The notes beneath the pieces are model-generated. The model was not told the DNA's origin and ran no database searches. It was given only the letters and a program-made list of their open reading frames with translations. DNA of 64,000 bases, from NCBI GenBank assembly GCA_963711085.1, contig CAVQCT010000003.1, positions 157,022 through 221,021 of the forward strand, given 5' to 3'. Below, in pieces: positions 26,872-36,356 of this stretch. How positions within the stretch are numbered: position 1 is the first letter of the stretch; each line of letters opens with the position of its first letter. The position numbers were made by a program, and so were the translations under genes. This DNA comes from an uncultured candidate division Zixibacteria bacterium (lineage in GTDB: Bacteria > Zixibacteria > MSB-5A5 > GN15 > FEB-12).

Positions 26872-29406
26872 TTAGAACAGCTCCAGCTTCAGTTGTCCGT
26901 AAAACGATCGGGTGGCCGCAATATAGTACTCCGCCCAGCCATCGACAACGACCGAGCCGTTGTCGTCGTACGCATAGTCGCCACCATATCCCGACGTCTC
27001 GAATTTCTTGTCCAGCAGATTGTCGATCTTACCTTCAAACACAAGATTTCCTGCTCCAAGCAGGTTGCCGAACGTGTATGATGCTGAAATCGCTGAGACC
27101 GTATAAGGATCCACCTTCAGACTCTTCACATTCCACAACTCGGCATACTGCTTGCCCGCGTATCGCAGGCGATAAGTCAGGCGTACTCTATTGTTATTGT
27201 AGTCGATGAGAAGGTTGCCGAGATAATCGGGGAAGAATGGGATCGTCTTGTCTTTGTAGTTCACGGTGTAGCCGTCGACATCGGTCACAAAATCCCGCAC
27301 CCGATTGTAGCTGTAAGCGAAATTGCTGCTCAAAGCAAGACGAGGATTGAGTTGGTAGGCTCCGTTCAGCTCAACTCCGGCGTGCACCGAGCGATTCGCA
27401 TTGATCGTGATCGCGATCCCTGTGTTCGGGTTGATTCCGCCGTAGGGAAGAATCTCATTCTTGAACTCCATCCAGTAAAGATTGACGCCGAGTGAGTATC
27501 TTCCAGGGCGGTAATTGCTCCCCAGCTCGAAGTCATACACCCGCTCCGATTTGGCGGTTGGGTCTCCAAACTTGTAAGTAGTCACGCCGTTTACTGTCGT
27601 CGAATCGAGGATGGTCAGCGAAGGAACCACGCTTGGATCACCGGCATCGTAGATGGCCGCATCGCTCGGGGTGCGCGAGGCGACTGAGAAGTTGGTATAG
27701 AAGTTGAGGGCGTCGTCATAGGCATAGTTGAATCCGATTCTCGGTGAGAAGAACGCCCAGTCGACACTGTACTGATATCCGGGGAAAGGAAGCATCCGCT
27801 GCTGGTTGAAATCATACTTCAGATACCGTAACTGCGCCGTCACCTGTGTGCTCAGTTTATCATTAAACTTGTAATACTCCTGACCATAGACGGAGCCGAC
27901 ATACTTCTTGCCGTTGTATTGATAATAGCGATGGCGTGGATCGAGCGATCCGCTCACATGCTCGGCATAGACCACCTGTCCCCAGTGATCGGAGTCGAAA
28001 TAGTAGAACGATCCACCGATCGAATGCTTCCCCCGGCTCCAGAGCATGTCAAGACGCGAATTCCAGCCGGTCTGATTCTTGTTCACCCACTGCTGCCGGA
28101 CGACATTGCCCGAATCGTACGGCATCGAGGTCGCCGGGTTGATATCGACAAAGTTGGTATCGATACCGTAGTCCGACAACGCACTGCCTTCCTTGAGCTG
28201 CTCGTAGTAACCGTCGCCGTGAATATGATACAGGGTGTTATAGAGCGTCATGCGATCGTTCAAGCGGTAGGTATTCTGAAGCTGGTAGTGTGGTTGATTA
28301 AAATTGTCGGTTTCATTCGAATAGGTAAGCGGATTGTATAGGTAATCCTTCGCCAGTTCATCGCGCGGAGAGCCATAATATGCCAGATGCATCCGCATCG
28401 GACCGCCGTAGACATACAGTTCGGTCGTCATGCGCGGATCGAGGCGGGCCAGCGAGAAATAGTACGACCAGCCATCGTACCAGCTATCATGTCGGAATCC
28501 GCCGGTCCTTTGTTTGGAGAATCGACCGCCGAACTGCCAGGTACCATCGATCAGCCCGGATGAATACTCGACCGACTGCTTGTAGATATCGCTGATACTG
28601 TTACCGTCGTAGGTGTAGTCACCGTAGCCAGCGACGATCGACGCCTTCCGTTCGTTGCTCAGCGCGCTGGTGACGATATTGACTGTCCCGCCGAAAGAGG
28701 CATCGCCATACAATGAGTTGCCCACTCCGCGCTGGATCTGAATATCTGAGACATTTGCGGCAAAATCCGGCAGATCGACAAAATATGTCGCCTGGTCTTC
28801 CGGGTCGTTCAGGGGGACACCATTAATATAAGTGACGATCCGCTTATCATCGAACCCGCGGATTGACATGTAGCTGTATCCGAGCGAAGCTCCGCCGTCG
28901 GAATATGAGTACAGACCAACGGTCGAATTCAGCAGCAGCGGAAATTCTTCGACGGTGTAATCTCGCTTGATATCTTTCTGGGAGAAATTGCTGAATGCGA
29001 TAGGTGTGATTCCCTCTTCAGCTCGATCGGCCCGCACGAGAATATCCTGACCGTGATAGTAGCGCGGTTGGAGCACGACGACCGGTGGTAGATCGGTCAG
29101 GTCGAACTGCTGCGACAGATAGCCGACCGACGAAAAAGTCAGCCGCGTGACACCTTCGGGCAGACTCAACGAGTAGGAACCGTTTTGATCGGTGATCGTA
29201 CCGACACCGGAGACATTGGCGACAACCGAAGCTCCGACAATCGGGTCACCTTGTTGATCGGCCACTTTGCCGGTGGCAGAGGCGGCGGCACTTGCAGGCC
29301 GGGTCAGCAGCAGACTTACGAAAAGTTGAAAGATGAGGATCGCCCGCAAAGTTCGGACGAGTGTGGAATCAAGCAATCGGCTTGATTGTGAGAAGTTGTG
29401 CGTCAT
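26872..29406 (-). CDS. TonB-dependent outer-membrane receptor with N-terminal carboxypeptidase-regulatory-like domain
   Basis: 844 aa. Signal peptide, then CarboxypepD_reg-like GKVADQQGDPIVGASVVANVSGVGTITDQNGSYSLSLPEG, then a plug (ISIRGFDDKRIVTYINGVPLNDPE) and a barrel ending in ...YGQLKLELF. Immediately downstream of a TPP riboswitch. Confidence 0.93.
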   Translation of the reverse strand: MTHNFSQSSRLLDSTLVRTLRAILIFQLFVSLLLTRPASAAASATGKVADQQGDPIVGASVVANVSGVGTITDQNGSYSLSLPEGVTRLTFSSVGYLSQQFDLTDLPPVVVLQPRYYHGQDILVRADRAEEGITPIAFSNFSQKDIKRDYTVEEFPLLLNSTVGLYSYSDGGASLGYSYMSIRGFDDKRIVTYINGVPLNDPEDQATYFVDLPDFAANVSDIQIQRGVGNSLYGDASFGGTVNIVTSALSNERKASIVAGYGDYTYDGNSISDIYKQSVEYSSGLIDGTWQFGGRFSKQRTGGFRHDSWYDGWSYYFSLARLDPRMTTELYVYGGPMRMHLAYYGSPRDELAKDYLYNPLTYSNETDNFNQPHYQLQNTYRLNDRMTLYNTLYHIHGDGYYEQLKEGSALSDYGIDTNFVDINPATSMPYDSGNVVRQQWVNKNQTGWNSRLDMLWSRGKHSIGGSFYYFDSDHWGQVVYAEHVSGSLDPRHRYYQYNGKKYVGSVYGQEYYKFNDKLSTQVTAQLRYLKYDFNQQRMLPFPGYQYSVDWAFFSPRIGFNYAYDDALNFYTNFSVASRTPSDAAIYDAGDPSVVPSLTILDSTTVNGVTTYKFGDPTAKSERVYDFELGSNYRPGRYSLGVNLYWMEFKNEILPYGGINPNTGIAITINANRSVHAGVELNGAYQLNPRLALSSNFAYSYNRVRDFVTDVDGYTVNYKDKTIPFFPDYLGNLLIDYNNNRVRLTYRLRYAGKQYAELWNVKSLKVDPYTVSAISASYTFGNLLGAGNLVFEGKIDNLLDKKFETSGYGGDYAYDDNGSVVVDGWAEYYIAATRSFYGQLKLELF

Positions 29407-29499
29407 GACAGTAACCTCGCTTAGAACGGTTGAGAGTTAAGCAAGATTCCGTCCTGAATCGATAGGTCGGCCAGACACTGGCTCAGGGGATGCGGTTGA

Positions 29500-29590
29500 C
29501 ATCTCCGTTTCCCTACGCCGGTATTATCCGGATCAGGTCGAGGGGGTATGATCTCAGGCGGTCGTTATTACGCCACCCCCAACGGAACTA
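29500..29590 (-). promoter_or_regulatory. TPP (THI-box) riboswitch in the 5' leader of the TonB-dependent receptor
   Basis: The minus strand reads UCCGUU GGGGGUGGCGUAAUAACGACCGC CUGAGA UCAUACCCCCUCG ACCUGAUCCGGAUAAUACCGGCGUAGGGAA ACGGA. It contains the conserved CUGAGA and ACCUGAUC-GGAUAAU-CC-GCGUAGGGAA blocks. A P1 helix UCCGUU/AACGGA closes the aptamer. The aptamer ends about 95 nt upstream of the ATG at 29406. Confidence 0.9.
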
Positions 29591-29752
29591 TATGTTTCTG
29601 GAAGTAATTACGGACGATAGGATCGGAAAGGCAAGGGGAAAATGGGTGCCGCTTATTCTTGACGAGAACTGCAAGGCAAAGAGTGACTATAAAAAAACCA
29701 GTCACTTCGTATAGTCTTACAACACACAGGAAATCACAACAGGAGGTAGGCA

Positions 29753-30181
29753 ATGACCCGGGATAGTCTGGTTGAAGTAACTTTCTTCATGCTTCGAGTA
29801 GTAGTGGGGCTGCTGTTTTTCCAGCACGGGAGTATGAAATTCCTCGGCTGGTTTGGTGGCATGCCGGGCGGTGAGCCGGGCGCGACTGCTCCCCTATTCA
29901 CTCAGGTAGGGATCGCCGGGGTGCTTGAGTTTTTCGGCGGGATCGCGATCCTGTTCGGCCTGTTTACCCGGACGGTCGCTTTCATTCTTTGTGGTGAAAT
30001 GGCCGTGGCCTACTGGCAATTCCATTTCCCGCAAGGGGTCTGGCCGATTATCAATCACGGCGAACCGGCCGTCCTCTTTTGTTTCATATTCCTTTTCATC
30101 GCGGCCTTCGGCGGCGGCAAATGGAGTGTCGATGAGTTGATTCGTAAGAAACGAGTCGGTACGGCGCCTGATCCAGCCTGA
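29753..30181 (+). CDS. DoxX family membrane protein
   Basis: 142 aa with AGGAGG upstream. Four TM helices with the DoxX-like FFQHGSMKFLGWFGG motif. Confidence 0.85.
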   Translation: MTRDSLVEVTFFMLRVVVGLLFFQHGSMKFLGWFGGMPGGEPGATAPLFTQVGIAGVLEFFGGIAILFGLFTRTVAFILCGEMAVAYWQFHFPQGVWPIINHGEPAVLFCFIFLFIAAFGGGKWSVDELIRKKRVGTAPDPA

Positions 30182-30421
30182 GTCGCAATTCATCACACGC
30201 GATTCCTGCTTGAAATCTGAGTTGTGTACTCGTAGTATATTACCAGGCTCTGCATTGGGATTGTCGAAGAGGTTATTGCTCGCACGATTTTGTGTCGAGT
30301 TTGTCTTTCCTGCCACCTACTATTGATGGCAGATGGCATGTTCTAAGAAGGACATGCCCTACAGTTGAGTTTGCCAATCGACCCAAAGTAGGAAGCTGGC
30401 CCCTAACGAAAGGAATTCGCT

Positions 30422-31360
30422 TTGTCCGATAATCAAAAGATCCATGTCGTCCTGGGAACCGGTCAGCTTGGTCGGGCGGTGATAGAACAACTGATTGCAG
30501 GCGGCAGGACTGTTCGGGCTGTAAGCAGATCGAAAAGATCTGCCCTACCCAACGGCGTAGAGTTCCTTTCGGCCAATCTGACTGATAAAGCGGCGGCCGT
30601 CAGAGCCTGCGCGAATGCCTCGGTTATCTATCACTGCGCTTCCCCTCCGTACAGCGCGTGGGGAACCCTCATTATGCCTTTAATGGAAACGATTATCGAA
30701 GCTGTTGCCGAAACGGGTGGAAAGATTGTCTACGGTGATAATTTGTATATGTACGGCGAGGTCGATGGTCCCATCACGGAGAACCTCCCCAACAACGCCA
30801 CCGGCCCGAAGGGACGCATCCGCTCGAAAGCCGCCTTCACATTGATGGAAGCCCACAAAACAGGGAAAGTGAAAGCAACAATCGGACGGGCATCGGATTT
30901 CTTCGGACCGGGAATCTATATGTCCCTCATGGGAGAGCAGGTGTTCGGTCGGGCGGTCAGAGGTAAAACGGTCAGTTTGCTGGGCGATCCCGATACCCCC
31001 CACTCGTACACGTTCATTACCGACTTTGCGAAAGCTCTGGTTATACTCGGAGAACGGGAGGAAGCGCTCGGGCATGTCTGGCATGTTCCGAACGATCGCG
31101 CGATCACTACTTTCAATTTCGTGGATGGGGTGTTCGATGCCGCCGGGAAACGACCGAAAGTCCGGGTCGTCCCGCGCTGGCTTTACCGATTGATGTCCAC
31201 TTTCAGCCCCCTGATACGGGAATTGCGCGAGACCGATTATCAGCGGTCCAGACCATTCGTTGTCGACAGCAGCAATTTCACCTCGACCTTCGGTCTCGCC
31301 GCCACTCCTCTGTCCGAAGCAATCGGCCAGACGGTTGCCTGGTACCAGGCCAATCCCTGA
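30422..31360 (+). CDS. NAD(P)-dependent epimerase/dehydratase-like (atypical SDR) protein
   Basis: 312 aa from a TTG start. Rossmann motif: VVLGTGQLGRAV. SDR-like architecture. Substrate unknown. Confidence 0.8.
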   Translation: MSDNQKIHVVLGTGQLGRAVIEQLIAGGRTVRAVSRSKRSALPNGVEFLSANLTDKAAAVRACANASVIYHCASPPYSAWGTLIMPLMETIIEAVAETGGKIVYGDNLYMYGEVDGPITENLPNNATGPKGRIRSKAAFTLMEAHKTGKVKATIGRASDFFGPGIYMSLMGEQVFGRAVRGKTVSLLGDPDTPHSYTFITDFAKALVILGEREEALGHVWHVPNDRAITTFNFVDGVFDAAGKRPKVRVVPRWLYRLMSTFSPLIRELRETDYQRSRPFVVDSSNFTSTFGLAATPLSEAIGQTVAWYQANP

Positions 31361-31391
31361 TCATACCTCTCGTGTAGCTACTGGCCAGGAA

Positions 31392-32402
31392 TCACCAGGG
31401 TGCGTCCTGATCCTTCACCTGTCTCAGATACTCAGCCGACTCCTCCGGGGGCGTCACATTGATAAATATCCCGGAACCGATTTCGAATCCGGCCGAAATG
31501 GTCACTTTCGGAATGATGATGAAATACCAGTGCAGGTACCGGGTGTCCTCATCGCCGATTGGCGAAGATCTGATTATGTAATTGTAATCCGGGTTATGTA
31601 GGCCGTGATAAAGCTTTCCCATAACGGTGCGAAGGACTCTTGCGAGATCTTCAATTTCTTCATCGGTGATCGACACATAACTGGCCATATGCCTTTTCGG
31701 ATAGATCCGCGTCTCGAACGGTGATCTGGCCGCAAATGGACAGAAGGCGACGAAATGATCAGTCTGCATAATGATCCGAGATCCCTGCTTCAATTCTTCC
31801 GCCAGCATGTCACAAAAGACGCAGGTGCCGTACTTGTCATAATGCAGCACCGCCTGATCGATCGGATACCTAATATGAGGGGGGACAATGGGGGTTGCGA
31901 TAATCTGTGAGTGCGGATGCTCAAGTGAAGTTCCGGCCCGTTTGCCATGGTTGCGAAAGATCATGACGAGATTGATCTTGTCATTCCGGCTGATGGCGAT
32001 TTGGCGTTCACGGTAGGCGCGGAGCACGCGGACCACTTCCGGCACGGTCATCGTTCCGATCGTCCTGTTATGAAGCGGGTGTTCGATAACTACTTCGGCG
32101 ATACCGAACCCGTTCGCCTTGAGGAAGCCGCCGACATGGGTTCGATTGGAGTCGGTGTTGGAATCAAGGGCGGCAAATTTGTTCGGAACCACTCGAACTT
32201 GCCAGTCGCTGTCCGAAGGATAGGCGAGGACCGGGGTGACAATTTGATGATCGTTTCCCTTGCAGAATGGGCAGTCTGATTTGTACTCCGGCATGCCATC
32301 CGGTTTCGGTCTATTCTCTTTGAAATCCGACGGTCGCCCGCCTCGTCCGGGAGCCAGGATAACCCACTCCTTGGACGCCTGATTTTGACGGAATTCCGGC
32401 AT
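31392..32402 (-). CDS. galT: Galactose-1-phosphate uridylyltransferase-like (GalT/HIT superfamily) nucleotidyltransferase
   Basis: 336 aa. Zn-binding CPFC motif and catalytic HPHSQI (HxHxQ) motif, with two GalT half-domains. Confidence 0.8.
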   Translation of the reverse strand: MPEFRQNQASKEWVILAPGRGGRPSDFKENRPKPDGMPEYKSDCPFCKGNDHQIVTPVLAYPSDSDWQVRVVPNKFAALDSNTDSNRTHVGGFLKANGFGIAEVVIEHPLHNRTIGTMTVPEVVRVLRAYRERQIAISRNDKINLVMIFRNHGKRAGTSLEHPHSQIIATPIVPPHIRYPIDQAVLHYDKYGTCVFCDMLAEELKQGSRIIMQTDHFVAFCPFAARSPFETRIYPKRHMASYVSITDEEIEDLARVLRTVMGKLYHGLHNPDYNYIIRSSPIGDEDTRYLHWYFIIIPKVTISAGFEIGSGIFINVTPPEESAEYLRQVKDQDAPW

Positions 32403-32622
32403 ATACCTACCTTTCTTTGCATCCAGAACAACTATTTGTTCGAGCCGTGCCGACGGTAAAAGTCAAAGTTTGCGTTATTCTTACGATACTTCGTCATGAA
32501 CCGGCGGAGACGGATCGACCCGGACCTGCTTCAATAGAAGAAATTTATTTGCGTTCCGCAACTTTTCACGTTCTACTGGGGTGATGAATATATAACTACT
32601 CACCAGAGATAAGAGGTTATCC

Positions 32623-33447
32623 ATGTCAAAAGATAGGTCCAGCGACGAAATTCGGGAAGCAGTCCGCAAGCAATACGGTGAGGCGATAACCAAATCAACC
32701 GGCTGTTGCGTCGGCGGTCTTACCGGCATGAACATTGAGGCCTTGAAAACAGCCGGCTATGATCAGTCTCAGCTGTCCGGGCTGTCCGGTGAGGTAACTT
32801 CGTTTGGCTGCGGAAACCCGATCGCGTTCATGGAATTGAAACCGGGCGAGACCGTGCTCGACCTGGGATCCGGCGCCGGCCTGGATTTGATTCTCGCGTC
32901 GAAGCGAGTGGGACCGACGGGCAAAGTGATCGGGTTGGATATGACACCTGAAATGATCGAGGAGTGCCGTCGCAATCTCCGGAAAGCCGGTGTGTTCAAC
33001 GCCGAGGTCCGTCAGGGACAAATGGAACAGATGCCGGTTGCGAATGAAGAAGTAGACTGGATCATGTCCAACTGCGTGATCAACCTCTCTCCCGAGAAGG
33101 AGCGGGTCTTTGCGGAGGCGTTTCGCGTGCTCAAGCCGGGCGGTCGGATTCTTGTTTCCGATATCGTTGCGCACGATCTATCCGAAGAGATTCGTAACGA
33201 CATGCTGTCGTGGGTAGGATGTATAGCGGGAGCGATCGACGAAGAAGAATATATCCGAATCGTTCGTGCAACCGGTTTTGAAGATGTGAAAGTTGTAGAT
33301 AGATTCACCTATGGTCCTGATTCAATAAAGGCGCTTGCGGGCGATTCATGTGGGTGTGGGTGCGGATCAGCCGTTACGGACGAGATGTTGGAAGCCAATG
33401 CTTCACAGATAGCCTCGATACGACTGCATGCGCGCAAGCCAGCCTAG
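32623..33447 (+). CDS. arsM: Arsenite S-adenosylmethionine methyltransferase (ArsM)-like
   Basis: 274 aa with AAGAGG 7 nt upstream. N-terminus: IREAVRKQYGEAI. SAM motif: VLDLGSGAGLD. Cysteines at C28/C29, C63 (FGCGNP), C151 (NCVINL) and C200 (GCIAGA) fit the conserved ArsM As(III)-binding cysteines. There is also a C-terminal CGCGCG. Confidence 0.85.
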   Translation: MSKDRSSDEIREAVRKQYGEAITKSTGCCVGGLTGMNIEALKTAGYDQSQLSGLSGEVTSFGCGNPIAFMELKPGETVLDLGSGAGLDLILASKRVGPTGKVIGLDMTPEMIEECRRNLRKAGVFNAEVRQGQMEQMPVANEEVDWIMSNCVINLSPEKERVFAEAFRVLKPGGRILVSDIVAHDLSEEIRNDMLSWVGCIAGAIDEEEYIRIVRATGFEDVKVVDRFTYGPDSIKALAGDSCGCGCGSAVTDEMLEANASQIASIRLHARKPA

Positions 33448-33478
33448 CCTCACAGGGAAACCGAATGCCAATTATAAA

Positions 33479-33504
33479 GAGAGGGTGACTCTCGCCACCC
33501 TCTC
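33479..33504 (-). terminator. Putative terminator hairpin between convergent arsM and lipoprotein genes
   Basis: 9-bp stem GAGAGGGTG/CACCCTCTC with an 8-nt loop. On the minus strand it is followed by UUUAUAAUU. Confidence 0.35.
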
Positions 33505-33534
33505 CGCTGGTGCTTCGGTAACACGGGCAATCAA

Positions 33535-34446
33535 TCACCGTCGATGATGACCGCCGCCGGAATTGTGCGGTTCCGGACGGGAAGCATGCTGCTGAGATTC
33601 GTGTCCACGCGAAGTTCTTTGCGCCTGTTGTGCTCGTTCGTTGCTTACTCTTCGGTGATACCGGTCACTCGAGACGAGCACTTTCTTCCTCACCATTCTC
33701 TCGTGATTCACCACTATCTTCTGTTGGTCGGCGTGCAGATTCATCCGCCTGTATTCGTGCTGTCCCATATGTACCGGTTTTGTTTCGTTGTTCACGATCG
33801 CGACCGGATGCTTACCGATCTTTCGGACCACGCCGAATTCCGGCTGGTGGTCGTATCGATGTGACGACACGAAGTCCGGAGCGCGCCCGATATGACCAAC
33901 CCGGTATCGGCCGACGTTCTCCCGATCGAAATCCCGGAGTCTGACCACGGTCCAGGCACGGAAGTCATGGTCGCCCCATGGATCTGACCAGGCAAGCCCG
34001 TCAGGGGGTATCGGAGCCCAACCGCAGTAGTCGCCCCAGGTGTCCCACTGCACGCGAGCCGGCGACCAGGTGTCACCAGGAACCCAGAACCATCCGATTC
34101 CCGTTTGATAGCCCCATTCGCCATAATGGTAAACCAGCCAACCGTACGGCTCATAGGATACCCACGCCCAATCCGGATCCGACCAGGCCCAGTGACCGTA
34201 ATGGAACGGGGACCAGCCGATGGCAACCCACGGTTGCCAAACCTGACCGTAAGGCTGGACGGAGATCCAATCGCCGTAACCGGACAGATAGTTGACATCG
34301 CCACTGCTGATTTCGGCGCCGGAGTCTATCTGTGCCTCATTGACGAACCCGCTGCACCCCGAGAAAAGAAAGACAGCCGCTGTGAGCGCCACCAGACTTA
34401 CAGCCAGCCGGGGGAGGCGCATCCAACTCTTCTTTGCTGCTTTCAT
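33535..34446 (-). CDS. Trp-rich repeat lipoprotein (DUF6600 / YXWGXW-like) with basic His-rich tail
   Basis: The track ORF is 33535..34467. The ATG at 34446 follows AGGTG and gives MKAAKKSWMRLPRLAVSLVALTAAVFLFSGC (lipobox). W-rich core: WQPWVAIGWSPFHYGHWAWSDPDWAWVSYEPYGWLVYHYGEWGYQTGIGWFWVPGDTWSPARVQW. The tail is rich in R, H and Q and ends GGGHHRR. Confidence 0.8.
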   Translation of the reverse strand: MKAAKKSWMRLPRLAVSLVALTAAVFLFSGCSGFVNEAQIDSGAEISSGDVNYLSGYGDWISVQPYGQVWQPWVAIGWSPFHYGHWAWSDPDWAWVSYEPYGWLVYHYGEWGYQTGIGWFWVPGDTWSPARVQWDTWGDYCGWAPIPPDGLAWSDPWGDHDFRAWTVVRLRDFDRENVGRYRVGHIGRAPDFVSSHRYDHQPEFGVVRKIGKHPVAIVNNETKPVHMGQHEYRRMNLHADQQKIVVNHERMVRKKVLVSSDRYHRRVSNERAQQAQRTSRGHESQQHASRPEPHNSGGGHHRR

Positions 34447-34702
34447 AGTACACCTCGATTCTAGCATCTTCGAGTATCATATTCTTTAACAAGAACCGTT
34501 CCCCTGATGTTGCACCGCAGCGCAATCCGTCGGCGAACCTCCCGGACCGAATTGTTCGAGCGGCTGGAGTTTTGCGGAACAAAATTCGGCGGCAGCCGGT
34601 TACCGAAGATGGTGTAGACAGGCCTATTTTTTCTCGCCCGGTCACATGATATGTCACAAGCGTCAAACCGAAAGCAGCCGCGGACACTAGTACCATCCGA
34701 AG

Positions 34703-35317
34703 ATGAACATCCTCTGGTCGAAACTGGCCTTAGTTGCCATTAGTATCTATTTCTTGATCAGGCTCGCACCCCTCTTTGCCAGATGGTACAGGAGATCCGG
34801 AGCCGGGATCATGGACCATCCGAAAGGACTCTTTCAGCATCTCCCGCATGTCGCCATGCTGATTCACACGTTACTCGCCGTGCTGGTCATGCTTGATGTC
34901 AATCCTCTTCCCTTCCTTCCGGATACCGAGCTGATTCGGAACCTGTCCAGCCCCGGACCCCTGCTCGTCTCAGCTGCCGGCCTGCTGTATTTTATAGCGG
35001 CTAACATCATTCGCTTTCGCGCGGTACGGGAATTGAGGGAATCGTTCGAGAAGGAAGTGGTCATCAGGCAGGATCACAGGCTTATCACCTCGGGACCATA
35101 CCAGTTTTTCCGCCATCCGATCTATGTTGGCAACATCCTGGCCGAACTGAGTATCGGTCTGACACTGGTATACTGGCCCTTGATTCTGTATCCGCTGTTG
35201 ATTAGCTTTCCTCTCTGGCACATCCGGGCAAAAAAGGAAGAGCAGATGCTCGTGCGGAATTATCCTGTTGAATACCGGGATTATATCTGCTGCGTAAAGC
35301 GGTGGGGATTCTTTTAG
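34703..35317 (+). CDS. Isoprenylcysteine carboxyl methyltransferase (ICMT/PEMT-like) family membrane protein
   Basis: 204 aa, multi-TM, with the C-terminal signature LITSGPYQFFRHPIYVGNIL. Confidence 0.85.
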   Translation: MNILWSKLALVAISIYFLIRLAPLFARWYRRSGAGIMDHPKGLFQHLPHVAMLIHTLLAVLVMLDVNPLPFLPDTELIRNLSSPGPLLVSAAGLLYFIAANIIRFRAVRELRESFEKEVVIRQDHRLITSGPYQFFRHPIYVGNILAELSIGLTLVYWPLILYPLLISFPLWHIRAKKEEQMLVRNYPVEYRDYICCVKRWGFF

Positions 35318-36271
35318 TGGGAAGCGGAATCCGAAGGTTTCTTGCTGTACTCTTCTTTCAATATATTCAGCATTCTGAATCCAAGCGTCGAATCGATATC
35401 GAATAACTGATGAAGCGTGCTGTCGCTTTGAGGGATCTTTCCGCCCAGGCTGTACGCAACTCCCAACGACACCATCGCCGGATAGAACGTACTGTCAGCT
35501 CTGAGCGCTTGTTGGAATCGATCGATCGCATCAGGATAATTCTTCTGGCGAAGATAGATCATCCCGAGCAACTGCGCACATTCCTTATGTTTCGGATTGA
35601 CCTGGAGCGCCTTGTTGAAGGTCACGACCGCACTATCGACATCACCCAGATTGCGTTGTACCGTTCCCATACGGTAGTAAAGATCGTCCGTTTTCAACCC
35701 GAGCTTTTCGCATCGCCGGAAATAATAAAGGGAGCTATCGTAATTCTGGGCCGCGGCATAGGCGTTACCGAGGCTGTATACCACGGTGATATTCTTTCGG
35801 ATCTCTCGTAACTGCCCGGTCGAGCAGTTCGATCGCCTGGCTTACTCTTCCCACCTTCGCATACTCCTGACCGAGGTTCGTCATATACAGGACATTGCCG
35901 GTATCAAGCTTCAATGACTGTTCGTAATATTTGATGGCATCGGCGGAGTTGCCTGCGTTGCTGGCCATCACCGCCAGATTGTTGCAGATCTGAGGATCAG
36001 CATTGTTAAGTTTGTAAGCTCTTTCGAAATAGGCTTTCGCCTGTTGCTGGTCGCCGAGCGCGGAAAAAACCACGCCGAGATTCTTGATTGAAATGAAATT
36101 GTTCTGGTCCAGTCGAAGCGCCGCCAGGAATGCTTCTTTCGCCGCAGCGTAATCATTGTGAATCATCGCCTTTCCCCCTTTGGTCACATAAAAGGAGACA
36201 GAGTCCTGAGCAAAGGCTGAGGAAGAAAAGACAGCTAGTATGAAGCAGGCGGTTATTACTGATCGACGCAT
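35314..36271 (-). pseudogene. Secreted TPR-repeat protein interrupted by a +1 frameshift
   Basis: Track ORFs 35765..36271 (168 aa, signal peptide MRRSVITACFILAVFSSSAFA plus TPRs) and 35314..35784 (156 aa, TPRs) are in different frames. Deleting one base in CCGAAAGAA (35792-35800) gives ...AVTRDPKNITVVYSLGNAYAAAQNYD..., a regular TPR junction. The result is one 957-nt ORF (318 aa). Confidence 0.7.
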
Positions 36272-36356
36272 ACAACTCCTTATCGGTTATACAGCCGCCA
36301 TATTAAGCCTTTCCCGAATTCAAGTCAATCAGGCTCATAGGCGACAAAAAAACAGG

